A stretch of DNA of 25,418 bases from assembly GCA_030141605.1 (NCBI GenBank), contig JAQGDQ010000691.1, forward strand, positions 86,242-111,659. The letters are read 5' to 3'. The DNA is from Tubiluchus corallicola (lineage: Eukaryota > Animalia > Priapulida). The notes beneath the pieces were generated by a model that saw only the letters and a list, made by a program, of their open reading frames with translations, was not told the DNA's origin and made no database searches. Made by a program: the position numbers and the translations under genes. How positions within the stretch are numbered: position 1 is the stretch's first letter; each line of letters opens with the position of its first letter. Positions 19,614 to 25,418 of the stretch are shown in pieces.

Positions 19614-19739
19614 CCTCTCTCTCGTAAATTACTTAATTTTATTTTTTTCGTATTTATTTCTTTTTTTTTATTTCATTTGGGGCCATCAAATTCACTTCGC
19701 CTAGGCCCTAGGGCGTCCAATTACCTAAGGCCGGCCCTG
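19281..19739. mobile_element. Non-autonomous TIR DNA transposon (MITE family C, hAT/Tip100-like ends) containing a (CT)n tract
   Basis: 14-bp TIRs CAGGGCCGGCCTTA / TAAGGCCGGCCCTG; flanking direct repeat CCTACAG (7 bp; 19274-19280, 19740-19746); subterminal CCTAGG motifs. Confidence 0.88.
19394..19623. repeat. (CT)n microsatellite / polypyrimidine tract, ~230 bp
   Basis: Directly visible; explains the SLSLSL ORFs at 19370-19799. Confidence 0.97.
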
Positions 19740-20089
19740 CCTACAGTTTGCAAAAAAAGTATATGGGTGGAGTGTACCGTGTACTTAGTTGCGTATTAAT
19801 GACGTTAAGCAATACTGAGTCAGTAAATGGATTAATGACTGGAAAGAAAACTGCTTTTAATTGAGTACTTTTATATGCCTCCACTTCTGTCATCGAGGGA
19901 CGGCAGATAAAAAAGAGATGCCTGCTTAAACATAATTTATTTATTTCTATGCCTTTGGTTACAGTATAACTGATACTTATCACCACTTTAAAGTTGGCCT
20001 AAAAGCCTAGAAAATTTGTCACTAGATGGCAGTCTTGAATTTTGATACTATTGCAAATTTAGGTTTAATTAAAATATTATAGCTAGATT

Positions 20090-20445
20090 TACTTCTTTCT
20101 TCCCCCTCTTTTCATTCTGTCTTCTCGTTCCTTCCTTTTTTCTTCAATTGTTCTTGTCTTGCTTTTCTTCTTTTTTGTTCTTGCCATTCTTTCTTCTCTG
20201 TTCATTTGTATAACTTCTGTTTCCTTTACTTTTTCCCCTTTATTTTCCTTCCTTTTCTGCTTTGCTACTTTTCGTTTTTTCTTTTTTTGTTTTGTTTTTC
20301 TTTCCTTTTCATCAGTTTTCTCACCCTCTTTTTTCTTTGCTTGCTGTTTCTCTTTTGTATGTCTTACATTTTCTTTGGTCTCTCCTTTTTCTTCTCTGTC
20401 TTGCTTTCTTTTCTTTTTTCTTTTTGTGTTCTTTCTTTCTTTGTG
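20090..20445. repeat. T/C-rich low-complexity tract
   Basis: Strong pyrimidine bias on the + strand, giving Phe-rich + ORFs and a Lys/Glu/Arg-rich - ORF. Confidence 0.75.
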
Positions 20446-20811
20446 TATTATTGTTTCATTAAGCCTACTCTCAATTTTATATGAGTTACTGTGAGCTTGG
20501 GATGAAATACTTGCAGAAAATGACAGCAAAAATCACAGGAAACATTATTATTTTTAGGGTTACTCAATGATATCTTGTAAATGACCATCATATGTAGTTG
20601 TATCTAAAGTGCTATTATATTTATTTTGTTTTTTAACGTTTATCAGTTCTTCTTTAGCTAGTTTTTTGCAGTCATTTGCTATAAACAACTGCACTAATAC
20701 TAATCACAATAAACACGTTTTTTGCATTTGAAGAAAACATATTAGTTTGTAAACTCCACATGAAGAGTTGGTAAGGATTTCTTGAATATGTCTCTCAAAC
20801 AAGCTGAGAAA

Positions 20812-21717
20812 CGTGTCAGTAATGTAGCATAATTTATGTAAATGTGTCAATAATGTAGCATACTTTATGTAAATGTGGCAATAATGTAGCATACTTTATG
20901 TAAATGTGTCAATAATGTAGCATACTTTATGTAAATGTGTCAATAATGTAGCATACTTTATGTAAATGTGTCAATAATGTAGCATACTTTATGTAAATGT
21001 GTCAATAATGTAGCATACTTTATGTAAATGTGTCAATAATGTAGCAAACTTTATGTAAATGTGTCAATAATGTACCAAACTTTATGTAAATGTGTCAATA
21101 ATGTAGCAAACTTTATGTAAATGTGTCAATAATGTAGCATACTTTATGTAAGTGTGTCAATAATGTAGCAAACTTTATGTAAATGTGTCAATAATGTAGC
21201 AAACTTTATGCAAATGTGGCAATAATGTAGCATACTTTATGTAAATGTGGCAATAATGTAGCATACTTTATGTAAATGGGTCAATAATGTAGCAAACTTT
21301 ATGCAAATGTGTCAATAATGTAGCATACTTTATGTAAATGTGTCAATAATGTAGCAAACTTTATGCAAATGTGTCAATAATGTAGCAAACTTTATGTAAA
21401 TGTGTCAATAATGTAGCAAACTTTATGCAAATGTGTCAATAATGTAGCATACTTTATGCAAATGTGTCAATAATGTAGCATACTTTATGTAAATGTGTCA
21501 ATAATGTAGCAAACTTTATGCAAATGTGTCAATAATGTAGCAAACTTTATGTAAATAATAATGTAAAACTTATAAATGTGTCAATAATGTAGCATACTTT
21601 ACAAATGTCAATAATGTAGCATACTTTATTAAAATAATGTAGCATACTTTATGTAAATGTGTCAATAATGTAGCAAACTTTATGTAAATGTGTCAATAAT
21701 GTAGCAAACTTTATGCA
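20812..21717. repeat. 31-bp tandem array, about 29 units
   Basis: Unit AATGTGTCAATAATGTAGCAWACTTTATGYA with period 31 (for example 20841 and 20872); a few shortened units near 21550-21640. Confidence 0.97.
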
Positions 21718-21915
21718 AGTTCAGACCACTGCAGGTTTCTATAGTGTGCACTCTAACCCTAACCCATATTGTGCAGTCTGATGACAGTCAAGTAGGCTCT
21801 AGAGCAGACGCAGTAGACTATATGTTACTCTCCGTGTAGTGTTAATAACTCCTAATAAGCATTTTAAGAGTGACTTGCATGTATTACTGTCAGTATGTTA
21901 TAGTGTGTTATAATG

Positions 21916-22231
21916 CTATTTTAATATAGCTCTATGTAAATTAAACATACACTGTGGTCGTTTCTTCTCCTCTTTTCCTTCTTCCTATCCCTAATCTTAC
22001 TATTTTTTCCATTCCATCATTTCTTCTGACGCTAACCATTCTTTCATTCACTCATTTTTGCCACCTTAACAAGCCAAGCTTTCAAGGTGTCATACAGCAA
22101 CTCTTTTATTTGGTTAATTTGACTTCATCAATGTTTTTGTACCTATACTGTTTCTTTTTGTTTCAATAATATTGTATGTTGATGTATTGTATATGTATTG
22201 CTGGAGTGAAATAAATTTATTGATTGATTGA
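21916..22231 (+). mobile_element. Unexpanded copy of the retroposon-like repeat (3' end with AATAAA and (TTGA)n tail)
   Basis: Inverted homolog of 113-1585 with only one copy of the 92-bp unit. It ends GAAATAAATTTATTGATTGATTGA and is flanked by an imperfect direct repeat ATAGTGTGT(T/A)ATA(A/G)TGC (21900.., 22231..), a candidate TSD. Confidence 0.75.
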
Positions 22232-22676
22232 TAGTGTGTAATAGTGCCTATTTACTATTTGCACATTATGGTACCAAACTGTTTTTAGGTTAGTTACGCT
22301 ACCTGCTTTAGTCATACACTACATGGAGATTATTATATAATGGAGATCAGTTAGTATACTTTAAACACGCAGTTGTCATGACAACAACTGATTTGGTTTC
22401 TGCTTTAAACATTGCACATTGAGTTGTTAGCACTGATTATGTGTGTCAGGTTCTACAGTTGTTACATAATGGATATCAGCTAGTATACTTTGAACATGTT
22501 GTTGTTATGGCATATATTGTAATGGACACAGAATGATTTGATTTTCTATTTAAACATTGTGCATGTGGAGGCATTCCGATTATTTATACTTGTCACATTC
22601 GCAAATTGCTTGTGGTGTGTTAGCAGTTTTGGTGCATTCATTTTCAAGGTATATTTCCAGGTTATTTTTGTTAAAG

Positions 22677-22842
22677 GTGGAACCGACAGTGAGGTCACCT
22701 CCAGCGACACCTCTCTTCTGGAAAAGACCGATGTCCATTCTCTTTCAAGCACGATCGATAGTCAAAAACCTGGACGGAAAGTTAGTCGATGCAGTAACCT
22801 CTTGGGATCATCCGGCAAGAAGAAGCGGAGACGTAGGCGGAG
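22677..22842 (+). CDS. TTLL6: TTLL6-like exon (GTDSEVTSSD..GSSGKKKRRRRR) with the basic stretch that precedes the TTL domain
   Basis: Acceptor tttttgttaaag|GT (phase 1; alternative phase-0 ccag| gives a start at 22661), donor AG|gttgtg (phase 2) matching the exon at 23194. A poly-basic run before the I.L..C.Y..V motif is typical of TTLL6/13. Confidence 0.75.
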
Positions 22843-23193
22843 GTTGTGGAGTATAATTATATCTTTTATATATTCTAATTATTTAGTAATTTGTATTTGA
22901 TTTTTCATTAAATCAAGGTATAAACAAACTTTATTATTACATTGTAGCAAAAATTGAATTCAATTGTCATTTACTATTATATTTATTTTATTAAAAATGT
23001 ATTTTTATGTTAATTGCATTGCATCCTACAGTATATATAACATATAGTAAAAATTTTGCAAGGCTATGCAATTCCACACTATAATTCTATATGTGTTGCA
23101 TATTTAAATTAAATGAGTAAAAAATATGTTACAATGTTTATATGTAAATTTAAATGTAAATGTGAATAAGCAAACTTATTATCTATTTTTCAG

Positions 23194-23231
23194 GGTGACG
23201 ATTTGCTTAACAAATTGTAAATATGATGTAG
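23194..23231 (+). CDS. TTLL6: TTLL6-like 38-nt exon ((R)VTICLTNCKYDV(V))
   Basis: Acceptor tatttttcag|, donor G|gtaagt, phases 2-1 link both neighbours. It matches the conserved I.L..C(K/R)Y..VR start of the TTLL6/7/13 catalytic domain. Confidence 0.88.
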
Positions 23232-23345
23232 GTAAGTTCTAGTTTCATAAGTACATCGTAGTTTCGTAGAATGCGCTTAACAAATTGTAAATATGATGTA
23301 GGTAAGTTCTAGTTTTCGTAAGTACATCGTAGTTTAGTAGAATGA
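23205..23345 (+). repeat. 70-bp tandem duplication spanning the exon 3' part and its splice donor
   Basis: GCTTAACAAATTGTAAATATGATGTAGGTAAGTTCTAGTTT starts at 23205 and 23275. Confidence 0.93.
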
Positions 23346-23442
23346 GCTTAGAAATTGAACATTACTTTTGTCCAGCTGTTGTCATCTTAGTTATGTGTTA
23401 ACATGTGTAATAAGCTGGAGCAATATTTGCACTTCGAGTAAC

Positions 23443-24610
23443 TATATTCTGCAGATTGAGACCCATCATTTACTAGACTAGCTGCATATTCTATAGACTG
23501 AGACCCATCATTCACTAGCTTAGCTGCATATTCTATAGACTGAGACCCTCATTCACTAGCTTAGCTGCATATTCTGTAGATTAAGACCCATCATTCACTA
23601 GACTAGCTGCATATTCTGCAGACAGAGACCCATCATTCACTAGACTAGCTTTATATTCTGTAGACTGAGACCCATCATTCGCTAGACTAGCTTTATATTC
23701 TGCAGACTGAGACCCATCATTCGCTAGACTAGCTTTATATTCTGCAGACTGAGACCCATCATTCACTAGACTAGCTGCATATTCTGCAGACAGAGACCCA
23801 TCATTCACGAGACTCTCTGCATATTCTGCAGATTGAGACCCATCATTCACGAGACTCTCTGCATATTCTGCAGATTGAGATCCATCATTCACTAGACTAG
23901 GTGCATATTCTCCAGATTGAGACCGTCATTCACTAGACTAGCTGCATATTATGCAGACTGAGACCCATCATTCACGAGACTCTCTGCATATTCTGCAGAC
24001 AGAGACCCTCATTCACTAGATTAGCTGCATATTCTGCAGACTGAGATCCATCATTCACTAGACTAGCTGCACATTCTGCAGACTGGGACCCTCATTCACT
24101 AGACTAGCTGCATATTCTGCAGATTGAGACCCATCATTCACTAGACTAGCTGCATATTCTGTAGACTGAGGCCCATCATTCACTAGACTAGCTTCATATT
24201 CTGTAGACAGTGACCCTCATTCACTAGACTAGCTGCATATTCTGCAGACAGAGACCCTCATTCACTAGACTAGCTGCATATTCTGCAGACAGAGACCCTC
24301 ATTCACTAGACTAGCTGCATAATATGCAGACTGAGACCCATCATTCACTAGACTAGCTACATATTCTGCAGACTGAGACCCATCATTCACTAGACTAACT
24401 ACATATTCTGCAGACAGAGACCCTCATTCACTAGACTAGCTGCATATTATGCAGACTGAGACCCATCATTCACTAGACTAGCTGCATATTATGCAGACTG
24501 AGACCCATCATTCACTAGACTAGCTACATATTCTGCAGACTGAGACCCATCATTCACTAGACTAGCTGCATATTCTCCAGATTGAGACCCATCATTCACT
24601 AGACTGGCTT
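23443..24610. repeat. 42-bp (some 41-bp) tandem array, about 28 units, filling most of a TTLL6 intron
   Basis: Unit CTGAGACCCATCATTCACTAGACTAGCTGCATATTCTGCAGA; explains the repetitive ORF 23581-23892. Confidence 0.97.
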
Positions 24611-24640
24611 CATGCTCTAACTTGTGGCGTTGCTTTGCAG

Positions 24641-24759
24641 TGCGTGAAATAGCCAAGAAGTACGACATGCGAATAGTGGACGAGATGGAAGACTGGTCAC
24701 TGTACTGGACAGATTTTTCCGTGTCACTAGAGCGAGTTATGGAGATGAAGAATTATCAG
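24641..24759 (+). CDS. TTLL6: Tubulin polyglutamylase TTLL6/TTLL13-like exon ((V)REIAKKYDMRIVDEMEDWSLYWTDFSVSLERVMEMKNYQ); gene continues beyond the right edge
   Basis: Acceptor tgctttgcag|, donor CAG|gtaaat. DW.LYWTD.SVSLERVMEMK.YQ is nearly identical to the TTLL6/13 motif that precedes KINHFPGM. Confidence 0.92.
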
Positions 24760-25219
24760 GTAAATACAAGGTTGCTCAGTGGTCAACCTTGCACACCTGT
24801 CAATCAGAGTTGTCAAACTGTAGAAAAACTAACAGTTAATCAGTTCAGGCTTGCGTGAGTTATCTCTGTAAGGTCTGCGTTTAAAGATTTTCTGGAATTA
24901 TGCGTAATTAGCTTTTCAGAAATAGGAGATTTGCAAATATTTCACTTTTTATATGCCATGGTAAACTGCACACCTCATGGCAACCATAGGCAAGGTCCGT
25001 ACAGAGGGGTATTTGTCACGTGACCACAGCCTGAGTCATTATCTAGGATATACGTCTAAAATGAACCACCAAACTAGGAGAGATGCCTGAGTCTTATAGA
25101 CAATTATACATCTGAGTTCCCTTAACGAGGTCAACAAACAAGGCTTGTCGTGAATTTCTTTTTTTTACGGGATTTCAGTTAAACATGTTTTATAATTAAT
25201 GTTAACATTAATTAAGCTA

Positions 25220-25418
25220 CTATATAACACACTATATAACACACTATAACACACTATAACACACTATAACACACTATAACACACTATATAACACACTATA
25301 TAACACACACTATAACACACTATAACACACTATAACACACTATAACACACTATAACACACTATAACACACTATATCACACACTATATAACACACTATAAC
25401 ACACTATAACACACTATA
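25220..25418. repeat. Short tandem repeat of ACACTATA-based 10-14 bp units, running off the window end
   Basis: Directly visible (ACACTATAAC / ACACACTATAAC variants). Confidence 0.95.

Noticed and set aside
19370-19799. Ser/Leu repeat ORFs
   Set aside because: They are translations of the (CT)n microsatellite within a MITE.
20089-20529. 146-aa Lys/Glu/Arg-rich ORF on the - strand
   Set aside because: The strand is T-poor, so stop codons are rare by composition. It has no ATG start or convincing splice pair. An exon cannot be fully excluded without RNA data.
23581-23892. 103-aa repetitive ORF (NDGSQSAEYAESLV)n
   Set aside because: It is a translation of the 42-bp intronic array, and neighbouring 41-bp units break the frame.

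Overview
AT-rich, intron-containing eukaryotic DNA, most likely from an invertebrate animal; the taxon cannot be fixed from the sequence. Three protein-coding genes can be read by following GT-AG splice sites. (1) The first two coding exons of a malic enzyme lie on the - strand (3612-3505, 3140-2982), and the gene runs off the left edge. (2) The 5' part of a TTLL6/TTLL13-type tubulin polyglutamylase lies on the + strand (firm exons 23194-23231 and 24641-24759, likely exon 22677-22842, inferred upstream exon 6552-6750) and runs off the right edge. (3) A complete 4-exon gene on the - strand (18904-18289, 17034-16132, 13597-9206, 7906-7755) appears to be nested in the inferred ~16 kb TTLL6 intron. 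It encodes a ~2020-aa protein with an N-terminal hydrophobic segment, a huge D/E/N-rich repetitive region and a single C-terminal thrombospondin type-1 repeat whose exon is missing from the ORF track. The non-coding DNA holds three hAT-type MITE families with TIRs and TSDs, an RTE LINE 3' end preceded by a highly foldable segment, a decayed CR1/L2-type remnant, and tandem arrays of 92, 31, 42 and 10-14 bp. The 92-bp array grew from inside a dispersed repeat whose unexpanded copy is at 21916-22231. No prokaryotic features, CRISPR arrays, tRNA or rRNA genes were recognised. All calls are by eye; no database searches were run.
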